Below are positions 1 to 12,812 of a stretch of 64,000 nucleotides of DNA, one piece after another. This DNA is from Massalongia carnosa. Its lineage: Eukaryota. The notes beneath the pieces were generated by a model. It did no database searches, was not told where the DNA came from, and was given only the letters and a program-made list of their open reading frames with translations. Each line of letters begins with the position of its first letter. Position 1 is the first letter of the stretch. Both the position numbers and the translations under genes were made by a program. The stretch spans positions 2,046,001 through 2,110,000 of the forward strand of contig OZ287069.1 in assembly GCA_965645245.1 (NCBI GenBank), in the 5' to 3' direction.

Positions 1-53
1 CATTTTTCCAAATAAAAAACCCCTTTTCCCCCTAAAACTCACTCCACACCCAG

Positions 54-969
54 TAAACCTTGCCCTCGCATTTGCGCGCCAAGGTCACCGCAGCGGAATC
101 CTCGATGCCGACATCTTCGGCCCCTCAATCCCCACCCTTCTGAACCTCTCGGGCGAACCGCGCCTCTCTGCCAGTACAAGCCCCCCATCCCCCTCTCCAC
201 CAGCACCACCACCAAGAAGCTCCTGCAACCTTTGCTGATACGGTCCTAACTATCGTGGAACATCATTGGCAGACAACAAACTCCTCCCTCTGTCCAACTA
301 CGGCATAAAGTCAATGTCGATGGGCTACCTCGTGGGCGAATCCGCGCCCGTGGTGTGGCGAGGCCTCATGGTGATGAAGGCGCTGCAGCAACTGCTGCAC
401 GAAGTCGAATGGGGGGGGTTAGATGTTCTGGTGCTAGATCTACCGCCGGGAACGGGGGACACACAGTTGACTATCACGCAACAGGTTCAGTTGGACGGTA
501 TGAACGACTGTTCCCTGTTTTTTCCCAGCCACGCTTACCCAAGAACGTACAGGCGCAGTGATAGTCTCAACCCCGCAAGACATTGCGCTAAAGGACACTA
601 TAAAAGGCATCAGCATGTTCCGCACCGTCAATGTCCCCGTGCGTTGCCCTTCCATCCTTCTTTTACCCGTACCTTCGCCACCTAACTTCAACCCCCCCCC
701 CCCCAAAAAAGATCCTCGGCCTCCTCCAAAACATGTCCATTTTCAGCTGCCCTCACTGCAGCTGTAGCACGCACATCTTCGGCCGCGATGGCGCCGGCCG
801 CGCCTGCGTCGACCTCGGAATTCCCTTCTTGGGCGATATCCCGCTACACGCGCAAATCTGCCAGGACGCCGATGCGGGGAAACCGACGGTGGTTTCAGAG
901 CCGGGGAGCGACCGTGGGGAAGCGTTTTTGGCGTTGGCGAGGAAGGTGGGGGACGTGCTGGGGTTGTAG
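54..969 (+). CDS. IND1: Mrp/NBP35-family Fe-S cluster assembly P-loop ATPase (mitochondrial Ind1/NUBPL-like), 5' end outside window, multi-exon
   Basis: Spliced translation gives [100 protein letters not shown] and ADAGKPTVV, all hallmark Mrp/NBP35 motifs. Three short GT-AG introns; TAG at 967-969. Confidence 0.88.
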
Positions 970-1641
970 ATGCTACATGGCTTAGATGGGGGAGGCATGG
1001 TTTGGGGGTGGTTCGGATAGAGTTGGAGGTTTCATCTTTGAGAAAGGGGAAAAACTGATTGTTGGTTTCCCCATATTGAGATATCTCCTCATCTATCAAT
1101 CAATCACTGATTTATCCCTCCCGCCCACGACCCGCGGGTCACTTGCGGAGGACAGGAAATCCGGAAAGCATGCTCTTCGGTGAAAAGTCCCCTCCTTCAC
1201 AAGCCATCAAAATCTCCGCCCTCGGAACCATGGGAAAAGTGATTCTACACTTCATCCTCTCCCCCATATTTCTTTCCTCATCTCCTTAGAAGCGGCACAT
1301 GCCTATATTTCCACTCTTCGCCCGAGCGTACATACCAGGACTATTTACCCGTTGCGCCCTTTCCCCGAAATTTGAAGCCTTTTCCATAATTCATGCCCCT
1401 TGAGTTTTCCAGCATTCCATGTCTTCGTATCGTATCGCATCACATTGCTTGAGCCATCAACCCAATTCAATCACCTTGCCAGCCGTTAGGCCGAGTCTAA
1501 CGGAGCCGATTCTTACCGAAGAGCGCCACATAAGCCGTAATGTCATAAAATCCTTGAAGCTTGCCGGTCAATGTTGTGTATACCATTCCAACACTGTTCC
1601 TTTTCTTGTAAACCGGTACGCTCAACCATTTCCCCGAAAAC

Positions 1642-4600
1642 TTAAGCGCTTACCACCCCAGCCAGAGTCCCATATTTGCGCACTAGCGCCGGCTCTTTCC
1701 CGTGCACGAAGCGTACCAACTGCGCTAGTTGTGCGCGCGTGGTATCTTTCAGTTGCTCCGCTGGCGGCGCCATGACTTGGTCTAAGACGGGGAGAAGCTG
1801 TGGCGTGAGCGAGAGGATTGTTGGTTCACCCTTAGAGTCTGATAAAAGGTTAGCCTGGAATTCTCGTGACAGGTGGCTTAAGACTGTGTTATAGGTAAAG
1901 ATACAGAAATCAAAAACATACATAGATTCACGATCATGTTGTAAACCGGTTCGTTCTCCTCGAAATCTTCCTTCAATGGCAATAGTTTGACTAGAGCGGG
2001 TAGCACGGCGGTAATAGGGACGTGTTCTTGATGTTTCATAATCATACGGCTTACACACCCGGCTGCATTGTCCATAGCTCTGGCTTCCTCCGTGTGAAGT
2101 AAGGGTTCGAGTTTGGCCAAGATGGCGTTGTATGACTTGAGGATCTCTTGCTCATTAGTGGAGTACTCAAGCAATAGACCAACAGCGAATGCAGCATTAG
2201 ACTTAGTCTCCGAGTCTTCGTCGCTCATGCGGTGAAGAAGCAGTTTGAGCAACGAGGTCGTGAAAGGGGTGGCTTGACTTTTCATCCCACGGATGCATTC
2301 GGCAATAACACCTATGGACGTGCTTCGCTCATAAGATTCGCTACTGCTTGCAAATTTCATGATGGGCTTTTCGAATATCTTCCATAGCTGACCAAAGGTT
2401 TCACCGAGACAAACAGCCAACGCTATGACGGCGTCAAGAGCGGTATCTATTATCAGCCAGTCGTATTCAGAGGACTCTTCGAGATCTTCTATGTCTTCGG
2501 TATCGCCAAAGTCTTGCTGACAGCCGTGTTGTTTGGTGATGATTGTAACGAGGTTCTCGGTGACTGGTTTAAGGGTTGTAGGATCAGAGACGAGCGCCGG
2601 ACCGCAAAGTTTCAGGGTTGCAGCGATACTGCGGTTAATGTCTGTAACAGTTGCCCTGTTATGTCCGCTAGTCAGCGATGCCCGCACAATTTAAGATTTT
2701 CCTTCTAGTGGGAGATCGAGTACGTGATCAGAAACAGATTCGTTTTCTCATCAATCGCACATAAGTGTGTCGGAGTGAGCTGGGATTAACGATATGTGTG
2801 TCATCATATCAACTAACGATATGGGCGCTGCATCCTAGTTGGATGTAAGAAAGGAATCAACGTACCTATCGTCTTCATCCTGCCAAACGGCCAGTGTTGC
2901 TGTCATGATGACATCCCCAAGCTTTGTAAGCTCATCGGGCAGGTGAACGTCGAGTGGAAGGCCAGGTTTCCATTTTTTCAGCTGTTCTCCTTGAAGCTGC
3001 CATACGGCAGCGTACACACGGAACAGAGTGCCGACGGCTGCTCTCCTCACACCTTCATAGCTATGCTCCACAAGCGGAAGGACTACCTCAATTGTTTTTT
3101 CCACATATGGCAGATATTCCTGGCCCGTATGCGTCATAATATCCCCAATTACCTCGACAGCGATTTCTTTTTCTTGTGCCACAGCAGTTACGGTATTAAG
3201 ATCATCCCAGTCGTCATCATCATCGTTTCCTTCCTCAATCTCAATCATCTCGTCCATGTCAACGGTCGATTGCTCCTCATCGCTGAAGGCAGCAACCTTG
3301 ATTTTTTTACCGCCAATGGTGACTTCTTTCCCAGCTAAGTCCGCCCCTTGCAGTCCAAGATCAACTTCAATCTCAGATTCCTCAGCTGCCAAGCTCTCAA
3401 ATAGCCCTTTTACGGCTCCTTCTAAGAAAGGTTTGAACTCGCTCCCATAGACCTTGGCCATCGCGCTCCAAAAAAGATAGCTCGTTTCCTTCAACTTCGG
3501 GTGATCAAGATGCAAGCCCTCCTCCGTTGCTTCCATCAACGGCTGCACAAAGCGCTGAAAGGGCTTTGCCCCTACCGCTAAGGCCATATTACCCATTGAA
3601 TCGCAGGTTGTGCATCTTAGATCCAGCTCCTCATCACTGTTCTTAATGCGGACGTACTCGGACAAGGAGTTCATGATCGGTTCAAAGTAAGGTAAGAATG
3701 CTTCTTTTGCACTTGACGCTGTTGCACCTATTGCGCTGATGGCTGATGCTTTGATCCCAAGATTAGGATGAGTGAACAGTCGGCTAAGTCGAGGTACCAG
3801 CTCTGGAAGATAAGGCGCGAGAGTCTGGCTTTCAAGGCCCTCAACAAGCGAATCGATGGCGTTACAGCTCGCTCGGACGATTTCCATATTTGTCTCATCA
3901 TCCGGTCCTTTCAAGCTACTTGTAGCGATGTCCAGATTTTTGACCAAAGCAGGAACTAATTTCTTGTGTTCTTTTGCCCAGTCCTCCGCAAGATCCTCGC
4001 CCAACCTCATAGCCGCGTCTAGTGCAGCACGGCGAACTTTCAGCTCCGGATCCTCAAGTAGCCTCAATATTAGCGGGAATATCTCGTGCAGCTGGGTGGC
4101 AACGAAGTCGGGTGCGCCTTCAACGCACATGCTTAACGCCATGATACCACCTTGTCTCCTGTCAGGATCTGAACTCGTAACATACGGTCCAAGTGCGTGT
4201 AGGAGTGGTACAACTACTTGGCTTGGCGGTAGACTCGAAGCCAACAAATCAAGCAAACCCAATGCTGATCTAGGAGTCGTGACATCCTCATCATCAGCTT
4301 TGGCATCTCCCAGTTCCGTTGCTATCTCCAAACTCTTCAGCGTAAGTAGCTCCCCAATCTTTAGCCCTTGTACCTTGAGTTTCCTGTATCTTACACATTG
4401 CATTAGGAAGCTGATAGCTTGGGTCCTCGCATCTTCGGCAATTGATCTTTGAGCTGCCAGATTGATCATAAAATGAAGGAGATCGCCAAAGTGCTTGTTT
4501 AAGATTTGCGCATCGCAACCCAACAAGGTTTGGAAAACATCAAAGCTTTGGGTGGTCCGTTCCATGTCGTCACTGTCAACGGCTTGCTTCAGCACCGCAA

Positions 4601-5225
4601 CCATTTGCGGTATAGCATTTTGTACTGATCGTAATGACTGTTCATCATGGTCAATGTCGATCAAGGTAGCCATCCTGCTCAACGCCAACATAGTGTTGAT
4701 CCTAACCTCGGCGCTCTCTGGGTCGTTGATAGTCTTACTGAAAAGTTCTAATATCTCACTGAACCGATGCATGATATCCTGCCCAAAGGTTTCTAGAGTT
4801 GTAAAGAACAGGTATGTGCTGGCTTCTCGCGGCCGTGAAGTCGAGCTATGTGCGGCCTCTATAAGGATATTGACTAAATCTGGCCATTCCCCGTCTTCTG
4901 TGTCAATCTTCGCTATAGCCGTGATAACTCGCGCACATGAGTGTCTCAGTATATTCTCTTCTTCATAGAAAGTCTTTCGTAAGAGTTCTTGGCGAAAATG
5001 AGACTTTTGATCAGCGCTGAAGGACTTCCAGTGTTTTGGAACCAACGATCTAGCCTGAGTGGCAGCTAATTGTCGTAAGGATGATGTTTGATCCGAGAAA
5101 AGAACCTGTAGCAACACAGATAGGGATTCTGGGAGTGGATAGTACTCTTTGCGAAGAGTGTTCGTCGCCGCTTTGACGCGATTTGTATCAGCTGTGACAG
5201 CAGTTAGAAATTTGTCTGGATCCAT
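1642..5225 (-). CDS. KAP123: Importin-beta family HEAT-repeat karyopherin (importin-4/Kap123), 3 exons
   Basis: ORFs 2835..5225, 1878..2687 and 1642..2058 join through GT-AG introns (about 2656-2865 and about 1839-1921). N-terminal IBN-like LRQLAATQAR, HEAT repeats, acidic loop, and C-terminal DNAAGCVSRMI and LPLKEDFEENEPVY. Confidence 0.9.
2725..2811 (-). ncRNA. Intronic box C/D snoRNA, snR71/U29(SNORD29)-like guide for LSU rRNA 2'-O-methylation
   Basis: Inside the ~210-nt KAP123 intron on the minus strand: box C ATGATGA (2807-2801), guide TAATCCCAGCTCACT, D' CCGA (2773-2770), C' TTGATGA (2754-2748), box D CTGA (2731-2728), and short terminal complementarity TGA/TCA. The guide pairs with the conserved LSU rRNA sequence GUGAGCUGGG. 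Confidence 0.8.
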
Positions 5226-6075
5226 TCATATTCGAAATACTTACGGGCAAGGATCTCTGCGAAGAGGTCGAAAAACTTTCGTGTATCCATGATTTTTCTG
5301 ATCGGAGCATGTAAGGGTTGAGACCGTGCGTGTCAACATGAAGATTGGGTAGTTGGGAGGAAAATAAAAAACATTGGGTTATCATAAAAAAATAAGCGAA
5401 GTCGTAATCCCTGTCTTTCATCGGCTCAACTTCGGACCGACTCCAGGTCTTCTCACGTGTCAAACGACCGCAATCCACAAAGGAGTTTCTACGTTCATAA
5501 GCCATCATCTTAACTCACCTTCTCCTCAAATATATCACAGAGCTCTTCGCGACCCATTTTATATGGGCTTCTTAATTTAGGCCGGTGATGGTAAAGATTT
5601 TGCACCTTGTTAACGAAATTCTGTGCCAGTCTAGCTTACAAAAGGAAAATTTATCATCCTTCAACACTGTTCATTAGAGATATCCTCCAGTTCCCTTCCT
5701 CTACTAGTTCATTACGCAATCCCAGGCTATCTCTCCTTGTCGTCTGGATAAGGCGTCGCTTCGCGAAGTGTAGCGGCTTGGGATCAGCTTAGGAACGTGT
5801 GAGAGTTGAATTTCTTCTTAATCAAGAGCTTATAGTCGTTTCTGTTGGACCCTTGTTAAGTGCTAGTTTCGGGAAGATGGTTACCTATGCTGTTAAGCAT
5901 ATGCCAGAGACGCTTCGGTGGTAGATTTGATAAGCATTTAAACGCGCAAGAAGCTAGCAATTTTCAAGAGGTGCTCATGTTTTCGCTATTTCTGGAGGGG
6001 TTCTTTTGTATAGTAACACCATTGCCGCAGTATCAAATTTGCTTAAACGTTCTTGATAGCCATCTCCCATTCTTC

Positions 6076-7221
6076 TTATCTAGGTTTTGAAGAGACGATG
6101 CCCGTTTGCTCAAAGTTGTCAAGAATAGCTGTTAGTTCAGTAGCTGAGCAATCTTCGCAGCTACTAGGAGCGCACACGCTATTCGTCAAGCCCAACAGAA
6201 CTCTATCCTTCCACCGCGCAGCCCAGTACCGTGGAGTCCATCCAACAGGCCCTAGGTAATGCAGATTCGCTCGTTTGTCCAAGAGCGTTAGTATCATACT
6301 CTTTAAGCGAAAAAATGAAGCCTAATATAGCGCCGTCGGCCTTTCGAGTTCTGCTCGTTGATAGCATTCCATTTCTCTAGCAGCAATTTTGCCGTACTCT
6401 CCCTGCGATGAAAGACCGCTTCGTAAGGGGCAGTTCTGTTGCGTGGATACATGCTAAATAGATTTTCCCAAGCGTCGCAAGATTTTAGGGGTCCAGTCAT
6501 ACGATGTCAGATCGACCATTTTGGTCAACAACAGCTGCGCTATAGACTCGTGACGTGCAGTTGCCGCCTATCGTATCTATCAGCCTCCAACGAAACTACC
6601 AGGGTGAACTGTCATGTTTTTTTACAGCGATTGTAGTACTATATGCGAATTAGTCCTTGGGGACCTCACCGCTACCTCGAGAGTAGTTTCGAACTATTCC
6701 TTTAAATTGATGTCTATTTTTGCTTTGGTCGAATTTTTTATAACATCTCCATGGTTTCCATAGCACGCCGCTTGAAGTGCATTACCAAATTCTCCTTCTT
6801 GAGCGTTAGGATTGGCACCCAGCTCTAATAGTTTCAACACGACGTGTAGATAGCCTTTCCATGATGTCAGCTGCAAAGCGTTTCCGTACATATCCTCCTT
6901 CATCGTTGGGGCTCATGCTGCTGTCAAGAAAATCGTCTACAGTACCACCAAGCCTAACAGACGTTGCATCATAGATGGAGGACCTAGTATTATTAGCAAG
7001 GAGACCATTATGTGGCAAATAATGGTCATTCAGCATTTTTCTTTAGAATCGACGATTAAGATCCAAAGCCTGACGCTCTCTTTAGAGGTTAAAAAGTTAA
7101 CGATCAAATGCTTAGCTCTATTCGTCATTAATTCGGTGCATTTCTTTGCATGTACATTCCAATATTGAGATACGTACTTCAGAAATGGGAACTCGTCATT
7201 TTTTACCCAATTGATTGACAT
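6076..7221 (-). pseudogene. Degenerate ankyrin-repeat gene relic (C-terminal part of a NACHT-ankyrin/NLR-like gene)
   Basis: Broken ORFs: FPFLKYVSQYWNVHAKK (resembles the post-NACHT linker), YGNALQLTSWKGYLHVVLKLLELGANPNAQEGEFGNALQAACYGNHGDVIK (two ankyrin repeats), TAPYEAVFHRRESTAKLLLEK and GWTPRYWAA. Frameshifts and stops separate them. Confidence 0.55.
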
Positions 7222-8560
7222 GGCATCTTGATGGGGCTCGTTTTCAGGGGCTGAGTCATTTAAGCCCCGCTGAGGTATCGTAGAAACACATCTATCCTTG
7301 CAGCACTCAATACAATGTGGACAAATTCTATAGAGAAGTTGGTTCGCGGTAGACTTACTAGTAGACTATCTTCTCGCATCCTGGAGGGCCGTGCGGCCAT
7401 GCAAAGGACCTAGGAGAGCTGATCCATTGTGAATATTTCTCGCTCTTCACAACCAATCGCCGGTCTACGGTGTGTGGTGGGCGCATGCTGCCATGTGTTG
7501 AGCTATTCTAGCGTCAGAGCTGGCAATCCAATATACCTAGCATACGAACTCCTCGTCCGTCACCTATGATCATCAAAGATATGGTTAGCTTACCCAAACG
7601 ATAGAGCAGAGAATTGAAAGCTATGGATTTTTCCCACCAATGCTGAAAGTAGATGGTGATACCGTAAGGCGTATCCCAGAACCTGCTATAATGGAATAAT
7701 GCACAAAAGTGAGAATATATTCTGTTGGAGCTGTACCTCTACCTTTCTTAGAAAAAAGTGCACTTGAAGAATGAGATAAAAATTGGAAAAGGTAGGTGGA
7801 CAATACGAAGGCGACGTCTGTGGCCTTGGATTCATGAGGCAATTGTCTCATTAAATCTGAGCCACAGCTAAAGCTTCCATCATTAACCCATCACTCCAAG
7901 CTGACGAGGTCAGCATCACTATTTGGTATATCGTGACATCGGTATTGCAGGAATCTAGCAAGGTAGTTTCCTAATCGACAATGTGGTTGTAGAGTAGCTG
8001 TTGCAGCAACCAGTAAAGTATAAAGTGAGATATACGGTAATTAGATTGATAACGAAGTCGCAGGATTAAAAGAGACGAAAAATAAAAAAACTCAGTCACA
8101 GCGCTGTCAAGAATTTCATTGGTCTCAGAAAAAGAAGTCGAGAAATGTGTAGGATGAGAGGGAACGAAGAGTAATGATGAAGAAAGGGTAAATGGAAAGC
8201 AAGAAAGAAATATTTCTCCATCTCGCTTTCACCTTCTATGTATAGTCTTTTGCTGCAGCGACCTTACCTCTGTAGTTCATGACGCGTTCTGTTTTTCCTA
8301 GCGCCTCTTCCACTCAATCGATGTCTTCTTTTGGATGTAGGTAGAGGTATAAGCACCACCGCAGGCGGAGGGGGAACAAGGAGAACAGTTAGCATTCTTC
8401 CTACTCTATTTGCACAAGAGAGTATCGATAAAGATGCGTCTCCATAGATATCTCTTTGCGTCTTCTCCAATGGATTCTTATTGATGATTAGACATATATA
8501 AAAGTACACGTTTATCTATAATCAAGCTAGGTATAAATATCCCCTTGCGATTTATTCGCT

Positions 8561-11500
8561 TCAATAGTCATCTGAATCCTCATCATCGTCTGGTACTAAA
8601 GCCCTATACCGCCTGGCAGCTAGATCTTCCTCAATGCCCCCGTTCGGCTCCGAGTCAACATATCCTGGAACACGATTTAGCTGAATGAGCCACAACCGGA
8701 AGTTGGGAAGAAAGCACCTTCACCTCCGACGAGGCTCAATGCCACTGGCAAGAACACCAACGCGTGCGTAGCCGCGAAAATAACTAAAGCCAACCAAATC
8801 CGAAAGTAATAGATCTCGAAAATCTTGCTTCGTGTGAAAGCTAATACAATCACCCCTAATAGCTTGGTAATTGTTATTCCGCTGAAAACGCTGCCTCCAA
8901 CGTTCACCAGAGCGGACCATGCCCGTGCATCCCTACCTCTGAATTTGCTTCTCGCCTTCTCCAAAACGCTCCGGCTGGGGAACATAAAGGCGCGGGCGAT
9001 GTGGGCGCAGAACTCAACCCCAATACCGATGCATATGACCAAGTTGACTAAAGAGACTGCATTCAGGGACACGCCTGCTAGTGCCATGGTTCCGATGACA
9101 TCAGTGACGATCATGATTACGGTTACAGTAACCACCGCCCCAGTAGCCAGAGAACCTAGGAGAGTAGAAGATATAATAAAAATCATTGCAAGCGCGGAGC
9201 CAATGAGATTGCCCGTCAATTTAACAATCGACGCATATTGATCAAAGTATATATAGAATTTGGAGTATGGGAAGACCGTTACGTTTTGAGACTCGCTAAT
9301 GGAGCGAGCGATGCGGCGAGCAGAGGCGTATGCCCTGATGAAGTCTGCTTGACCCCGGAGCGGGGTGTGGCTAGTCCGAAAATGGCTTGCAGGAACGGAT
9401 GGCTGAGAAGAATCGATGACAAGAGCATTGCTATAGGGCGCTTTGCCGCCAAGAGGACACTCTTCGTTCGTCGGGGAGTCAATCCACTTTTCAAGATAAT
9501 GCATGAATTCTTCGTCTTCAGGCATTCCAAATAAAGTGATGTTCCATGGAGGGCTCCTATCTTCAAAGCACACTTTGCCACCTTCCTTACAACACTCGGT
9601 ATTCGTCGGGTTCAACCAGGCGAAATAGTCATCAATCCAGCTAGCAGCAGAACCGGAAATATAAGAGACCTGCGGACGTTTCGATTCTTGCTCCAGGACA
9701 TTCGCCATGGAGAGGGAGTGGCATGTTGTATACCGCCCACAGAGCTCCTGTTGATGTATTCGTTCCGTAACATCGAGGTCCTTCACAACAAAATAGACTG
9801 GTGGACCAGTATTGAAATATGTGTCTAGATCATCAAAGTACGGTATAAGATATGAGCCCCTGGGAAATGCATTCCTTTGATCCAAGCCAAGCGCAACTTT
9901 CGGCATCAGAGCTAAGCCAGCAGTGAATAGGCCAAGAAAACCAACAATGACTCCGATCTTAACTCTGCGCTCAAGGAGAAGTGGAGCATAGGTCTTGCGG
10001 ATAAACTTCTGCAATAAGCCCTCGTCGTCGAAGCCATAGACACCATCTCCGTTAACATTTGCCATGTCAGCCTTCCCAACTTTGATGCAGGGAATGCAAT
10101 CAGCACGACGGCTCTCGACTCGTTTCTGGTTCAATGCGAGCAGAGAAACGAACATCGTGACCTGTAACAGGGCGTTGACAAGTACAGCTCCAGCAGCATA
10201 AACAGCAAAGTTTCTTACGGCGGGCATGCCGACGAAGGCTCCAAGAGCAAACGCAATGGTTTCGGTTGAAGCCGACAGAAGTATGCTCGGTCCCATTCGT
10301 CCCAGCGCTTTAGCAACGCGCTTCTCCACTTCTTCGTCTGGATGGCTGACGTTGACCCGCTCAAACTCATGCACAATCAAAAATATATTATCAACACCGA
10401 CCGCTAGCACCAAGAATGGAATGACCTCAGCAATGATCAGTGTTACCTTAATGTGAAGGGCGGAAAACAATCCAACAGAAGCAGAAACTGACATGAGCAC
10501 AATGACAATACCAATGATTCCGAGAGTGAACTTGGACTGCACCATTGCGTTAGACGGGTTATGTAGAACGGACTTTACTGAGAGAGTTGTAGATCCTAAT
10601 GCGAGTGAGGCATAAAGGAACATGATGATGTAGCTGATCACAACAATTTTGGCATCTGTGTTGGTCGATTTGTTCAGTTCTTCTTCGAGACTAATCTCGG
10701 TAGAAAAGGATAGGCGGAGGCCTCTTTCCTTGGCTTCCTCCTGCGCAGACTGCAGAAGATCCCGAAGACTCTTCTCCCAGTCCATCGCGAGAGCTTCTCC
10801 CACGGAACCCTCAGGATGATTATTGATAACCCAGGTCGCTATCAGGGCTCTTGAGTCTAAAATACTGCCGCTTTGTTCCCACCCTCCAAGTATCATGTCT
10901 CTCTGGAGCGGCTGCTGGAAATCTGGGAGACATTCTTGGCTACCAGGCTGTTCAGTGCAGTGTTGAAGATCCTTCTGCCAGGTATCCCGATCCACGCTAG
11001 CAAAGGAGCCACCAAAATATCCAGTCAACGATTGCACCACGCATGCACTTCCCGTTGGATTGAAACAAACTTCCTGTAGAGTAACTCCTTCTTCATACGA
11101 CTTGATTCGTTTCACTCGGTTTTCAACGTCAAACCACCAGGCTAAGGTGTTATAACTTAGCACAGGCCCGGGCCCGCCTGGCTGGGTGTCATTTACTAGA
11201 AAGGCTTGTTCTGCGCGGTAAAAGGGACCAAAATTCGAATCAAAGAATTCCTTCTCTTGGGCAGCTTCAGAAGATGGACTCACCCACAAACGGACTGGGT
11301 TTGTCTCGATTGCAAAATCGATCCATCCAATACTGAGTACAAAAACAATAATAACACTAACACCTATAGTGATCAAAGGAAAGGTAGCACATGTCCTACC
11401 TAGCTTGGTGAAGGCAGCATCAAACACAGAATTAAGCTGGTAATTACTGCGTGGTGGTCGATCCAAAATTCCGGGGTGTCGGACCGTGTCTTCTTCATCT

Positions 11501-12524
11501 TCATCATCGCTTAAAGCAGCATCTTGCAGAAGCTGCAACCTTTCGCTCTTTCTCTGGTTATGCTTTTGATACACGAAATGTCCCACAACTGCTGTGACCA
11601 ATAAGAGTAAGAAAACGCCATAGATCAGAATGACGGAAAATGATAGACATGGCAGTAATCCAACATGACAGTTCTCCTGCTCAGTCACTTTCGGTAGCTC
11701 CGGGCACACCGCCGGGCAGTCAACACAAGCGCATCGATATGCTTCATCTGTATCGTTGCAAGCTTTAGGTGTTTGATCCACCGGCAACATATTCCGAAAT
11801 TCATGGGCAGATGGCCTTGGAAAATTGATTTGAAAAGGGCTTCCCAACAGTTTGGTATCTCCTAGGAATTTGAGAAAATCTGTGTAGTTTTTTGCTCCCC
11901 CACCAATAAAGTCCATCGCATTTCCACCAGTGGCGCCAAACTTAACGTCCTTGCAGCTATTGTAGAATTTACTTCCATATTTATCTGACCACAAATTATC
12001 CAATTCTGTAACTATGCGCTTCTTGGTAGACGCTTCTTGAGTCGCGGTCACATTCACAAACAAAGACTGGTCCGGCGAGCAAGTGAAAGTACAGAAAAGA
12101 TTGAAGAAGTTTTCCTTGCAAGCCGGGCAAGACGAAATTATGGGCTCGGCCCTTTTAAGATTACTCCCTAAGGAGCTGATCTATTCACCATGAGTTAGCA
12201 GATCAGCGCTTCTTACAGCGTTTTGTCATAACCCACCTGATCACTATCGCAGCATACAGCGCCTTTCTTCCATTTGTCGCCACATACGGCAACAAGCTTC
12301 GCCCTTGTAGATTCCTCTGGCTGTCGCGCAATTCCGTTGTCAGGGCAGGGAAGCTGACCACCAAAGAAGGACTTCTTGCCACACTGGCCTCGTATTGCAC
12401 ACCTTCCCTCCTCGTGTATTTTTGTCCAATGTCCATCGTTTGCTAGGGTGATGCCACTAAGGGTAGCAAGAATAGAGGCACATAAAAGTAGACGGAACCA
12501 TCCGGGTTGCCATGCCCCAGTCAT
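8561..12524 (-). CDS. NCR1: Niemann-Pick C1 family vacuolar sterol transporter (SSD/patched domain), 3 exons
   Basis: Signal peptide, Cys-rich NPC1 N-terminal domain (CAIRGQCGKKSFFGGQLPCPDN, NFFNLFCTFTCSPDQS), ETNPVRLW, sterol-sensing domain EVIPFLVLAVGVDNIFLI, GIGVEFCAHI and SKIFEIYYFR. Last exon ends ...DDEDSDDY-TGA at 8561. Confidence 0.95.
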
Positions 12525-12770
12525 ACTCCGAATCTATCAAGTTTCAGCTCATCAGGTACATGAAATAATAGTTCTCCTTAATAGTTTCTGGTGTAATTAT
12601 GATTGTCTTCTGCGCACTTGCGTCGGTTTGACAAACTGTCTGAGCGTTTGATGGGTTCGTGTCAAATGGTGATTTTTACTTTCACTGATCAGCGCTGACA
12701 AAGGGATCAAAAACCTGACAAAGTAGTTTAGTCTGGGGGAACTGGACATGCAACGGCAGGACTCTTTATT

Positions 12771-12780
12771 ATCACGTGAT
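12771..12780. promoter_or_regulatory. Palindromic E-box ATCACGTGAT (candidate bHLH/SREBP-type site) upstream of NCR1
   Basis: Perfect palindrome TATCACGTGATA at 12770-12781, about 250 bp upstream of the NCR1 ATG. Function is inferred only. Confidence 0.3.
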
Positions 12781-12812
12781 ATTAACGTCATCAAGTTATG
12801 TAACAAACGGTA

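Noticed and set aside
2943..4968. Long + strand ORFs opposite KAP123 (similar ones lie opposite NCR1, RAD4, BFR2 and BCKDH)
   Set aside because: Antisense shadows of real CDSs with no independent domain signal.
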